Program-made: the position numbers and the translations under genes
From: Pristiophorus japonicus
Lineage: Eukaryota
NCBI RefSeq assembly: GCF_044704955.1
Contig: NW_027252079.1
Coordinates: 248,001 to 312,000, forward strand
DNA: 64,000 nucleotides
Direction of reading: 5' to 3'
Shown here: positions 63,817 to 64,000 of the stretch, in pieces
Layout: each line of letters starts with the position of its first letter
How positions within the stretch are numbered: position 1 is the stretch's first letter
Notes under the pieces: model-generated
The model's input: only the letters and a program-made list of their open reading frames with translations
What the model was told of the DNA's origin: nothing
Database searches by the model: none

Positions 63817-64000
63817 AGCATGCCCCTCGGGGGAGAATGTGCTGCACCCAGACTACAGGAGCTCAGTGCGCAGACGCGAGCCCTGGCTGTGTTTGGAGCA
63901 TGTGTGGCACGTGTAATGGCGGAGGGGACACGTTTTGGACAGAGTCCACAGAACTGTCCTGTTCAGCGGGAATGAGAGGAGCAATGGACCAGCAGGGAGC
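63817..64000. promoter_or_regulatory. Inverted paralog of the 46878-47061 CpG region, truncated by the window edge
   Basis: gcacccagactacaggagctcagtgcgca and gacacgttttggacag blocks match the reverse complement of 46878-47061. Confidence 0.8.

Overview
Vertebrate genomic DNA, very likely a shark (elasmobranch); the species cannot be fixed from sequence alone. The core is one complete cartilaginous-fish-type IgM heavy-chain cluster on the + strand (about 10.4-30.7 kb): promoter, leader exon, a V-D-J exon already joined in frame with no RSS, four C-mu exons with secretory tail, and two transmembrane exons. All splice phases are consistent and no exon has an internal stop. Downstream lie an orphan CpG-rich promoter-like region split by a 42-bp satellite and bounded by a strong CTCF-like motif, a degenerate C2H2 zinc-finger gene on the - strand, and a CpG island with an inverted paralog at the right edge. 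The rest is repeat-dense: many CR1-type LINE fragments (one with ORF1 and TATA-bearing 5' monomer arrays), RTE and L2 fragments, a near full-length Gypsy element with two nested CR1 insertions, an unclassified RTE-tailed insertion, several minisatellites and a 163-N gap. Exon boundaries were read by hand; most repeat boundaries are approximate.
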